A DNA stretch of 33,048 bases from Ascoidea asiatica JCM 7603 (lineage: Eukaryota; Fungi; Ascomycota), in contig BCKQ01000040.1 in NCBI GenBank assembly GCA_001600695.1, positions 1 through 33,048 on the forward strand. Reading direction: 5' to 3'. Within the stretch, counting starts at the first letter, position 1; every line of letters begins with the position of its first letter. This document shows, in pieces, positions 21,801 to 30,800 of the stretch. The notes under the pieces are model-generated. The model ran no database searches. It worked only from the letters and a program-made list of their open reading frames with translations, and had not been told where the DNA came from. Both the position numbers and the translations under genes were made by a program.

Positions 21801-22101
21801 GTAATAACCAAAATGAAATTAAGGCAAAATGAGGGTTTTGTAAAGATAATTCTAATAATAAATCTTGTAAAGCCATTGATTCAGTTTCTACAGTAACTAA
21901 AATTTGACATAACTGAGGAATGAAAAATTCAATTTCCTCATATGAGTAAGAATTAAGTCTCTTACAAAGATAAGAAAATATACCAATATTAGGGGCGTAT
22001 TTGACTAGATAAGAAACACATAAAAATATACTAAAATGTTGAGAGTTTATAAGACGTAGCAACATAGCATTTCCACTAACAGTGGTAGGAGGTTCTTCCA
22101 T
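18823..22101 (-). CDS. PIK1: Phosphatidylinositol 4-kinase (type III beta)
   Basis: N-terminal EFFIPQLCQ, VLNSAERVPFLL, catalytic KNGDDLRQE, KDRHNGN, HIDFG and terminal YDQFQLLTQGIYS. Confidence 0.96.
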   Translation of the reverse strand: MEEPPTTVSGNAMLLRLINSQHFSIFLCVSYLVKYAPNIGIFSYLCKRLNSYSYEEIEFFIPQLCQILVTVETESMALQDLLLELSLQNPHFALISFWLLHAYLHDLSDDPESFGFQITRRVLNFLQYIIYNSTLPSNNKFRENIPPSIILCGSIASTIGLPQVSTHIQPLIKSQSRKQKSYVFQIAKNFSEELMRNLTLKNTKKNSRISVSSSFRSTPVSPINVKSNNLSSNITENNINSSNNNLYQYENKKSSKIIDTIQPVSLNLNDVNDQFKKQIPDNPPKYDFDVIDKYPNSLFTKKKSSSSNDDYVNSISNSASKRASLSKKNSLLFNNNNPTRSKNEIYNDYDLSLSKASDIISSNEPTSYSMPNLSRHKSTYYLSSNNRVPSPTSSTNSFNSNYSNSNQVTTPDHSFLLGSPTNSIQQPKSLSRSISVGNYKKKLSSPGKSSFRRSISPSLISNNVKIKLLKANYYSCVSQLAIAFQQISLRLSQVPKEARITSLRAELSLLNRDLPAEVDIPILFPPSKPGKLHKIARITVNEAAVLNSAERVPFLLIIEYLSNDLDFNPASATNNQILREKPNKNYIFDLGIRATTASSSADIHTSNYNSDSFDTDFENDKIDEADLGDLSVIKLTNKRDSESDKLREQIFVANAQDVPIIDYPSKKVKDNKIADENTNTNNLINNPRTPDLNFSSNYFFLEPTKGEKLSTDDLATHMRIAAVMLTQLDDPSNTLPSDQSAAIKAKIIASMQSLQDNFGLNDYMIKGEAGERKLENDLKLGGVANNNSNFYLGEDWETKKERIRRKSPFGHLPNWELVSVIAKNGDDLRQEAFASQLIIAMSDIWKEANCKVWVKRMRIIITSANTGLVETITNALSIHSIKKSLTRILIEEGSNPKGTVAPLKEHFIRVFGKEDSVKYKKAENNFASSLASYSLICYLLQIKDRHNGNIMLDNEGHIIHIDFGFLLSNSPGSVGFEAVPFKLTQEYVDILGGVDSEEFAKFKTLMKESFREIRKHAESIVTLVDLMQKESALPCFKAGDQTGAQLRQRFQLHLTDEECDQFVENYLIQKSIGSLYTRLYDQFQLLTQGIYS

Positions 22102-22753
22102 TACTTTATTGAAACTAAATCTTTTGAATATTAATATATTACTTTAAAGGATTAAAATATTGAATATTAAAGTGATGAACTCTTTATAATATTGTTTGAT
22201 AATATTTCAATAAAAATAGTTAAACCCAGCAATTCAATATTAATATGTTTTTCGATTCAAATTTAATTGAACCTTAGTTCAACAAAAGAGAATTGAAATA
22301 CAAAACAAAAGGGAGACTAAACTTGATTCAAAGTTATTTTCAAATCCAAATGAGAATAAAAAACAAAATTAAGAATAAGACTATAAATATGTTAATTTCA
22401 TTATCTTTTAAAATATATAAACAAGACAGATCAAAGATACCAGATCAGTCAACCAAATCAAGAAAGCCTAAGGTTGAAAAGTTGACAGACCTTACAACTG
22501 TACCCTTAGCAAAAACATCCACCTAATTCCGAAGGTATTATTATCCAGCAAACCGGAAATCATCCGGATTTCATCAGCAGTTTTCTCGAAAAACGAGGGT
22601 GCTCATAGATGTTTTGTTTCGCCATTGGCTTTGAGTTGAAGCAAATATATTACAGGTGATTTGAATTTACAAGAAACTTCCGATAAAAACAAAAATATTT
22701 TGAAGATTTAAAAAACCATTTAACAAGAACTACAATAGACTACAAAGAGTTTT

Positions 22754-23245
22754 ATGAGTGAAAAAATGGAGATAGATGGTATGTTTTTCAAAAGAGTTTA
22801 TAATATCAAATAAAAAGGGTTTATTTTTTGTTCACAAAAGTAATGTATTTACTAACAATTTCAATTTTTATTTTCTTCGTGATTGTTTTTAATAGCGTTA
22901 CCACCATCACAGCCTGAACAACAGAAACAGGAGAATCAATCAATAAATACTAATAATTTAGTTAAAAAAGAGAAGAAAAAGTTTGAAGTTCGTAAATGGA
23001 CAGCTGTTGCATTTTGGTCTTGGGATATACAAGTTGAAACCTGTGCAATTTGCAGAAATCATTTAATGGAAAGATGCATTGAATGTCAACCTAATAGTAT
23101 GAGCAGTACTTCTGATAATTGTATCGCTGCTTGGGGAACTTGTAATCATGCATTTCATCTTCATTGCATATCAAGATGGTTAAAAACAAGACCTGTATGT
23201 CCTTTAGATAATAAAGAATGGGTTCTTCAAAAATATGGTAAATAA
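22754..23245 (+). CDS. HRT1: RING-H2 subunit of SCF/cullin ligases (Rbx1/Roc1); join(22754..22778,22896..23245), 124 aa
   Basis: [25 protein letters not shown]...[27 protein letters not shown]. Exon 1 (MSEKMEID) splices in frame to exon 2. Confidence 0.95.
22779..22895 (+). other. Spliceosomal intron of HRT1 (117 nt)
   Basis: GTATGT at 22779, TACTAAC at 22850-22856, TAG at 22893-22895; phase 1, restores the frame. Confidence 0.92.
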
Positions 23246-23374
23246 TCTACTTTATTTATAACCTTAATTGTTGTATAAAATATATTATAAGTAATAAATT
23301 ATAAATTATAGACTATATTTTCTATATTCTATATTAAATTTTAGCAATTTCATAATAAGTACTTACTTTTAAAC

Positions 23375-24430
23375 TCATTTAAAACTTACCTCGTTATCAT
23401 AATATTTTTTGTTTCTTTCAAAGGTTCCAATAATCTCAAATTTGATACAATTTTTTGTAAATTCTTCATATATTTTTGTATTCTTATCAATTTTGCCAAA
23501 AACTTCAAAAAAAAATACATATTGCCATTTTTTGAAATTTGAAGGTCTTGAAGAAATTGTTGATAAATTTAACTCAAATTTGTTAAAACAATTCATTATA
23601 TTGAATAAGGATCCTTGTCGTTTATTATCTATCACGAATGCCAATAATGTAATATAATCTTCTTTAATATCTTTTGGAGAACTGTGTTTCATATTCTGAT
23701 TCTCATTATTGAGATGTATTTTTGGATCATTACCATAAGTTCCCATAATCAAAAACCTTGTTGTATTATTATTATCATCTTCTATACATTTCCTTAAAAT
23801 TGGTACATTATATATTTGACTTGAAATTCTTGATCCAATAGAACCAGAACCTTTAATTTTTTTACTAAATTCATCAACTATTATACTCGTTGCTTTAGAT
23901 GTTGAAGACGTATCTATTTTTTCAAACTTTTTATTTCCAGGTAAAGTTTCATTAAAAAATCTATTACATTGAGTCCAAACTTGAGGATGGCTATATATTC
24001 TATCAATATTTTCAATTTGTTTTTCAAAACTCATTAAATAATGATGAATTGAGACGAATTCTTCTCCAATTACTTTAATTTTACTCTCAAATTCTGTAGT
24101 TAAATAGGTTCGTTTTATGTTCTCATTTTTTAAAGTTAAAATATTTTTATCATTTTTGAGTTGATCTTTGATGAAAAAGTCTCTTATTAAATCATATGTC
24201 ATAACAACACTCCCATTAGTTGAATTTTCTATTGGAATAACAGAATAATTAACATCATTTGTAAAAATTCTTGTGAAGCACTCTTTAATTGAAAATTGTG
24301 GTAAATATTCTACTTCATTTTCCAATTCAAATTTTTTAAAATATGAAAGAGCAGCCTCATGAGAAAATGTTCCTTTGGGTCCAAGATAACAAACTTTTAT
24401 CACTTTTCTACTTCCAATATCATCAACCAT
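23375..24430 (-). CDS. PHA2: Prephenate dehydratase
   Basis: YLGPKGTFSHEAA, PIENSTNGSV, YSHPQVWTQC, NTTRF catalytic motif and ACT domain (NLSTISSRP...WQYVFFFE). Confidence 0.95.
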   Translation of the reverse strand: MVDDIGSRKVIKVCYLGPKGTFSHEAALSYFKKFELENEVEYLPQFSIKECFTRIFTNDVNYSVIPIENSTNGSVVMTYDLIRDFFIKDQLKNDKNILTLKNENIKRTYLTTEFESKIKVIGEEFVSIHHYLMSFEKQIENIDRIYSHPQVWTQCNRFFNETLPGNKKFEKIDTSSTSKATSIIVDEFSKKIKGSGSIGSRISSQIYNVPILRKCIEDDNNNTTRFLIMGTYGNDPKIHLNNENQNMKHSSPKDIKEDYITLLAFVIDNKRQGSLFNIMNCFNKFELNLSTISSRPSNFKKWQYVFFFEVFGKIDKNTKIYEEFTKNCIKFEIIGTFERNKKYYDNEVSFK

Positions 24431-24523
24431 AAAGATAAAGACTTTTGAATAAAAAAGGTTCTAAAGTGAAAATTATTTCAGCAAATTCAGTACACTTATA
24501 AAGTTAGAAAGTACAGTTTTTTT

Positions 24524-24602
24524 ATTGCAAAACCAGACTCCAGAAATCGTTGTATGACAAACCATGTGACACACATAGTTAGAGCCAAACTCCAGACATT
24601 GA
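24524..24602 (+). repeat. Dispersed direct repeat, copy 2 (partner 15357-15437), in the PHA2 upstream region
   Basis: attgcaaaaccagactccagaaatcgttgtatgacaaaccatgtga matches 15357-15402 with 2 mismatches. Confidence 0.9.
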
Positions 24603-24605
24603 TAA

Positions 24606-24661
24606 CATGGCTGATGAATAGAATCGGAAATGTTACCCTTCAAATTTAGGGCAGTTTGTTG
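24606..24661 (+). promoter_or_regulatory. Diverged copy of the SCP1-upstream dyad element
   Basis: ttacccttcaaatttagggcagtttgttg matches 6485-6513 at 25/29 and has the same orientation relative to its gene (PHA2). Confidence 0.45.
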
Positions 24662-24967
24662 TTTAAAGTAAGCGCATGACATTTTGTTAGTACGACCCTT
24701 GTAAAACTAAAATAAATAAAAGACTGAGCAAAAAAATTTAAAAAATTTAGAGATTATTTCTCCAGAGAATCCACAAAAATCAATTACGTAATTCCGGGTA
24801 CCGGACATTTTAATTGTGTTTTTTGGGTCCGGAATGAGGCAGAAAAAACCCAGAATACATTGAGAACATAAAATATGATTCAGAAAAATGTTTATTGTTG
24901 GTAAGAAATTTTAGATATAAAGTTGATTAAGAAAAAAAAGAAATATTAACATTTTTATATAGTAGAT

Positions 24968-26032
24968 TTACATTCTAAATTTTTGTTTATTTCTCATTCT
25001 TCTTTCTTTTTTTGCTTGTTGTTTTTTTTCTAATTTTTCTAGTTCACCAGGACTTTTGCTTTTCATATCATCTCTAATTTTCTTCTGTTCCTCAATTTTT
25101 TTTTCTTCTAATAATTCCTTTTTTTCAAGTTCAATTCTTTTAATAATTTTATCAACTTCTTGTTTTCTAACATTATTAATTTTTTTTAAAGCTTCTGATC
25201 TTGGTTGAAATTTTTTATCATTTGAAACAAAATCAATAATAGCAAACAATAATTTGAAAGAATCTAAAATTTGTGATAAATCTTTTTTAGAAGTTTTTAG
25301 ATTTAGTTTCATAACAAAACGAGGAAGTGGTGTACAATCTTCAACATTTATTGGATGAACGGAATCTTGATCTGTAATTGCAAAAAATTGTAAAACATCT
25401 CCAACATTCTTTAATAAATCACTAATATCAGATTTTTCAAGTATTAAATCATTAATTTCAGAAGATTCGGACATAAAAACAAATTGATTTGGCAAATTTG
25501 AAGAATCAAGAGTTTTTGTTAAGGATAAAAAGTAATTTGAATTTCTATTTTCTTTCATATTTTCTTTATTAACAATTGAAAAGATAAAATTATTAACTTT
25601 GATATTAGCATTAAAATTTCCAACAATTTCAATTACATCCTCTTCAACTTTTAAACTTTGCATGAAAAATGAAAAAACATCTTGAAAGAAATATAAAATA
25701 AAATTTTGTCTTGCTTTTAAAACAATTTTAATCAATATGTTCTTAATATTAACTCTACCACTTGCATATGTTGTATACAATTGATCATTATCTCTAATAT
25801 ATAATTCAGTATCTGAACAACCAAATTTATAAAAATTTTCATCTAAATATGGTTTAATTGCTTTAATAATTTTATTAACATAACTTTCATTTAATTTGTA
25901 TCCAATAATATGGCAAACAACAAAAACTAATAAAGTACCAACCAAATAAAGCTCTGTTTTCCAATTATGAGTAACCCAACGTTGATAAACATCAGTTCTA
26001 TAATCTTCCATAACTCTTGCAAACAACCCCAT
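24968..26032 (-). CDS. CCDC47 / DUF1682 family protein (YNR021W-like), second copy
   Basis: Mirror of 7017-8081; RSEAL vs RPEAL and SPGEL vs SPSEL. Confidence 0.85.
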   Translation of the reverse strand: MGLFARVMEDYRTDVYQRWVTHNWKTELYLVGTLLVFVVCHIIGYKLNESYVNKIIKAIKPYLDENFYKFGCSDTELYIRDNDQLYTTYASGRVNIKNILIKIVLKARQNFILYFFQDVFSFFMQSLKVEEDVIEIVGNFNANIKVNNFIFSIVNKENMKENRNSNYFLSLTKTLDSSNLPNQFVFMSESSEINDLILEKSDISDLLKNVGDVLQFFAITDQDSVHPINVEDCTPLPRFVMKLNLKTSKKDLSQILDSFKLLFAIIDFVSNDKKFQPRSEALKKINNVRKQEVDKIIKRIELEKKELLEEKKIEEQKKIRDDMKSKSPGELEKLEKKQQAKKERRMRNKQKFRM

Positions 26033-26535
26033 TTTTAAATATGTTTTATGATTATAAATTCCTAATGAATAATTTTAATTCAAGAAAAGAAATAGAATAT
26101 TTACTCTTACGTTTATTGTTATGTTTTTCTTCTGATTTATCGAAAAATAAACAACTTATTGGATAGTCTATGTTTCCCTTTTAAGCTTAGAAAGATAAAT
26201 TATCCCCTAAGGTTTTATTTAAAAATTTACTATCATAAAATCTGAGTTTGCTAATTTGAGGATTTGATATTGTTATTTTCTGATTAGGTATTTTGATTTC
26301 ATTATAGAAATAACGCTCTTTTTATTGTATTACTTTTCCTTTTTAAAAAATACTTGTTGTTATCTGAATATGAACTGGTTCAATACATCGAACTCCTTTT
26401 GCAAGTCTTCAATAATTAATGCCTTATTTTAACATAACTATAATATAAGAATTTTCAATGATCAAATAAAAAGTTGAAAGAAAAACTCATTTTGCCTTTT
26501 TCCCAATATCAAAAGATAAATACAGTTTCTTTTCC

Positions 26536-26590
26536 CAACGAACTGCCCTCAAATTGCAGGGTAATACGGAAACTCTAGTCATCAGTCATG
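26536..26590 (-). promoter_or_regulatory. Mirror copy of the 6459-6513 element
   Basis: Part of the right arm of the inverted repeat. Confidence 0.45.
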
Positions 26591-26801
26591 GTAAAGTGTG
26601 TAAAGTTAACTTTAAAATATATAAGCACCAGCTTCACCAATGCCAGCTTAGAACCAGCTATAAAAATAAGCAACTATCTCATTCAAAAAAGATTGTTTTA
26701 CCACTTGGATATAAACATGAATTACTCAATAGTTATACCCATTATTATAATCAACTAATTTGCTTAAATCAACTAGATTTTGAAAATACAATACTTTTAC
26801 C

Positions 26802-27431
26802 ATGCTTCCAAATAAAACTTTATCGTATAGTCCTGTATATGGAGTTAAACCAGATGTAACTACCCTTGATGAAGATTTAAAGCTAAAAAGAGATGCCAAA
26901 TATGATATTGGTAAAATTACAGAAATCAAAAATTGGATATTTTCTTGTATCAATGAATCTAATTTAAAAGATCAAGGGGATCTATTAGATATTTTAAATG
27001 ATGGCACTGTTCTTTGTAAATTGATAGAAGCAATAGAAAATAAAAACATAAAATTCAATCATAATCCAAAATTTCCTTTTATAAAAATGGAAAATATATC
27101 AACATTTTTAGCTCATGCTAAGAAAATTGGTGTTCCAGAAGATGAGTTATTTTCTACCGTTGATTTATTTGAAAATCAAGATTCTTCTCAAGTATATACG
27201 GCAATAATTAGTTTAAGTCGATATGCTAATAAAATAAACCCAGCTATTAAAGTTATTGGACCAAATCTAGCTTCAAAAGACAGAAAACCTGCTCCACGAG
27301 TTCCAAGAAAGCCTTCACATCTTCAAAAGAATGTTTCACAATGGAGTACCATTGAATACGGTTATATGGGTGGTGCAAATCAAAATACTGAAAAGGTTGT
27401 TTTCGGTGGAAACAGAAATATAATTAAATAG
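26802..27431 (+). CDS. SCP1: Calponin/transgelin homologue, second copy
   Basis: Translation identical to 5618-6247. Confidence 0.93.
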   Translation: MLPNKTLSYSPVYGVKPDVTTLDEDLKLKRDAKYDIGKITEIKNWIFSCINESNLKDQGDLLDILNDGTVLCKLIEAIENKNIKFNHNPKFPFIKMENISTFLAHAKKIGVPEDELFSTVDLFENQDSSQVYTAIISLSRYANKINPAIKVIGPNLASKDRKPAPRVPRKPSHLQKNVSQWSTIEYGYMGGANQNTEKVVFGGNRNIIK

Positions 27432-27815
27432 AAAAAAATATTTGATTATATATCACATTTATTAAATAATTTAGAATTTAGTTCGAATTTTTGTAAACAA
27501 AAGAGCTTCATCAAGTTTGAAAAAAATAAAATTTTATAACAAAGAAATAAATAAATAATAAAAACAAATAAATAAAAAGACATGCTACCTAATTAAAAAT
27601 TAAAATCGAATTAATCACAACGATAAGGTGAATTTAACAAAAAAAAACAAAATATTCAAAAGAAGTAAACTAGAATCTAGAAAAAAAGCTAAAAAATAAC
27701 GAAAAAAAAAAGAAAAACTAAAAATGCAAGAAAAAATAAGTGTATGATAATGACAATATTGAAACAGAGTAAAAAAGTATTAAGTTAAATAAGAATGACA
27801 GTAACACATTTTGAT

Positions 27816-30800
27816 TTATCCAGCAATTTTATTCAAGCATAATTCCATTTCTTCTTCAGTTAATGATTTTATATACAAACATTTTGATAATACTTGAGGC
27901 ACAGATTCAATATCGTACAACTTAGACCATTGAATGCATTGAATGAAATTACGTACAATCTGAGATGCTGAAGAAAATCTCTCAATATTCACTAATGTGG
28001 TATCATCATTGATGTCTAAATTTGGAGTTTCATTTGCACAATTTAATTTGTTAATTGACGCAGTGGATATTAAAATAGGTTTACTACTATTAAATGTTAA
28101 ATCTGAAAGATATAAACCAAAAAAAGGAACACAGCCCTTTGAAGGAATTATACGATCAAAATCTTTTCTTAATTTATAAAAGTTTCCTTCTGAATTGAAA
28201 AATATTTCTAAATTTTTTAACATAAAAATATCTGAAGCGTCCATTTTATTCCAAGTAGAATATAATCGTTTAATTCTTGGGGTGGTTAGTGCAAGAATAA
28301 TTTGCATAAGAGTTGAATAGTTTTGAAGTTTATGGCAATGATTTGCAATATGAATAAATCTTGCAATAGTATCTTTTCGATACATTTCCTCACTTGTTAG
28401 AAGAATTTCCGATACAATCCAATTAACTGTTAAATTAAATCTAGATATAACAAGATCAATTCCTTTCACTTCTTTTTTTACTAAAAGTTGAATCCAACTG
28501 GTGATTGGTTTTAATTCTGGAGACCAATCCATATCAATAAGTTCCTTCCAATCCACTTCAGATAAAGTATCTCTTTCAATTAAAGTAAACTGCTTAGCCA
28601 ATGTAAATGAATCATAATTAAGAATAAATGAAATATGTCTTTTAGTTGCTAGAACTTCGCTGATAGATAAAACTCCCTCAGTAATTAAATGCTCTTCTAA
28701 CTGCTTTTCAATATCTAAAAATTCTTCCTGAATAATAGAATTGGAGCTCACATTTTTGCATAGTTTGGAAGTGCAAACAAAACTATTGAGTTGTTGAACT
28801 ACCTTCGGTATTGAGACGAATATATTTCCTTCAAGCAGACCCACTCCAATAGGTGGATCCATTTGAATGTCAGCAGAATCAGCAATACTGAGTTCTGCAA
28901 CATTTCTACTAATAGTATCAGTATCAACATGTATAGAATCAACACTTTTCTTCTTGAGATCATCCTCTGAATTTAATGAATCAGAAGTATCAATATTATT
29001 AAACTTAGGTTCAGGCTTTCCTTCTAATTTCCATAATGCAGCACTTACTGGATCACCACTTATATCTTCGTCTGGTATATCCTTCAAGTTTCTAACCATG
29101 TCTCTATTATTACCAACAAAAGCCGGTAAGAAAGTATCACTAACTGAAGAAAGAACTCTTGTCTCCGAACCTTCAACCTCATAAACACTAATTGAATCTG
29201 CTGAAAAAGACTTTTTATGTCTTAGATACGATTTTATCGAGGACAGATCTCTGTGGCTCATTTGAGCAACAAGCATTTCTTTGGATCTCTTCATTTTGAG
29301 AATATTCTCTCGAGACTTATTAATATCATTCTTAAATTCTTTTTCTTCTTCTTCAGTTAAATTTTGTTTCAAAGTAATTAAAAGAGGCTTTGTTCCAGAT
29401 GAAAAAATAGAAGAAGATTCAGATATTAAACTTGTTGTTTTCTCATCGAAGCTTTTAGAATCAATTCTATCGGCTACATCACTACAATAATAAGGACTTT
29501 TAAATCGGCTATTATTTTTATTATTCTCAAAATTATCACCTTTGATTGTATCACTGTTACTTGTTGTTGGAGTATTAGATCTTCTATGCAAATATATTGG
29601 AGATTCTGGAGCTTTATCAATTTCTACCCCCAACTTGAGATCTGGAAAGGCCCGACGCTTTTTCAAAAGATCTTTGGAGTTTATCATAATATCAGTTTTA
29701 GAGGAGCTTATAGAAAGGTCAGAGTTATAAGAAATATAAGATTTAGAAGTAATAGAAGAAAAGCTCTCTTGAAATCGGCCATCATTTGAAAATTGAGAGT
29801 TTTGTTGAGTCGAGACTGAATTTTGATTAGGGGACTGGAATTTTGAATGAGGTATATCATCTAGAGGGGAACAAATACTAAAGTTATGAGCTTCATAACT
29901 TTTTGCTCTGTCCAGTTTAGTGAAATTTAATGAATTTATTGAAAATTTCAAGTCATGAGAACCTATATTTTTAATCAGGGAATTCATTTGAAGATCTTCT
30001 GCTTCATGATAGGCCAATTTTTTGCCAGTTTGGGCAGGTAAAGGGATTTCACCCAATGATACTGAGCTAGTTGATAGTGTAGAATAGTTGAAATTGGTAA
30101 ACATATTTTCCTTTTCAGGATCAACTAAAGCTCCATGAAAATCATTAAAGGCAGGCATTTTTTTCAATCCATGTACTTCAGATACATCGGATTGCAAATC
30201 ACTCTCAAAAGCTTTAAGCAGGCCATTATCAGAAGAGTCTGAATAACTTGAGTATGATTTATTCGAAATATAACTTATCCTGGAGCATCTATCAATTTCT
30301 TTCAAATTTCCAGTAAATCTTTCTTCTTCGTTATTTAAAGGTATACTTTCCGATTGTACGTAATTATTTTGAAGACCTTTTCCTGGATAGTTTTTTTTCA
30401 AGAGGTTGCAAGTATCAGGTGTTTCAAGCATATCATTTTTATTATTAAAATGTACGTATTTTTGATTAGGCTCTTGAATACCCTCAGTTGAAAAATTTGA
30501 TTTAATAGCGCTCTGATTTTGCATATCTTTACATTTTTCTTCTTGACTATTTTCTAGATTTAACAATTCTTGTTGAGATCCAGTGAAATTAAACACATCT
30601 AAATCATCAATATTTTCAGAGATACTATTTTTTAGAGAGTGTCCAATAGTACCAAGAGATATATTGAACTTGTCCGGTATTTGTGAGTTTAACATACTTA
30701 TATTGTGAGCATTATCAATAATTGTACTTCTATCATTTACAGTATTAAGATTAGACGAAAATGGAATCTCTGGGTTCAATTGATTGACACCATGTTCATT

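Noticed and set aside
22883-22895. TTG start for HRT1 given by the ORF track
   Set aside because: It lies within the intron; the ATG at 22754 splices in frame.
16253-23657. Small ORFs overlapping DBP10, PIK1 and PHA2, and 22293-22526
   Set aside because: Shadow or promoter ORFs without coding hallmarks.
24611-24630. CTGATGA...GAAA as a hammerhead ribozyme core or box C of a snoRNA
   Set aside because: No stem II pairing between the motifs, no convincing flanking stems or box D, and the related copy lacks GAAA at that position.
8139-24910. Flip/flop mating-type locus (inverted repeats, and PIK1 lies within Candida MTL loci)
   Set aside because: No recognisable a1/a2/alpha1/alpha2 ORF, and no PAP1, OBP, SLA2 or DIC1 in the window.
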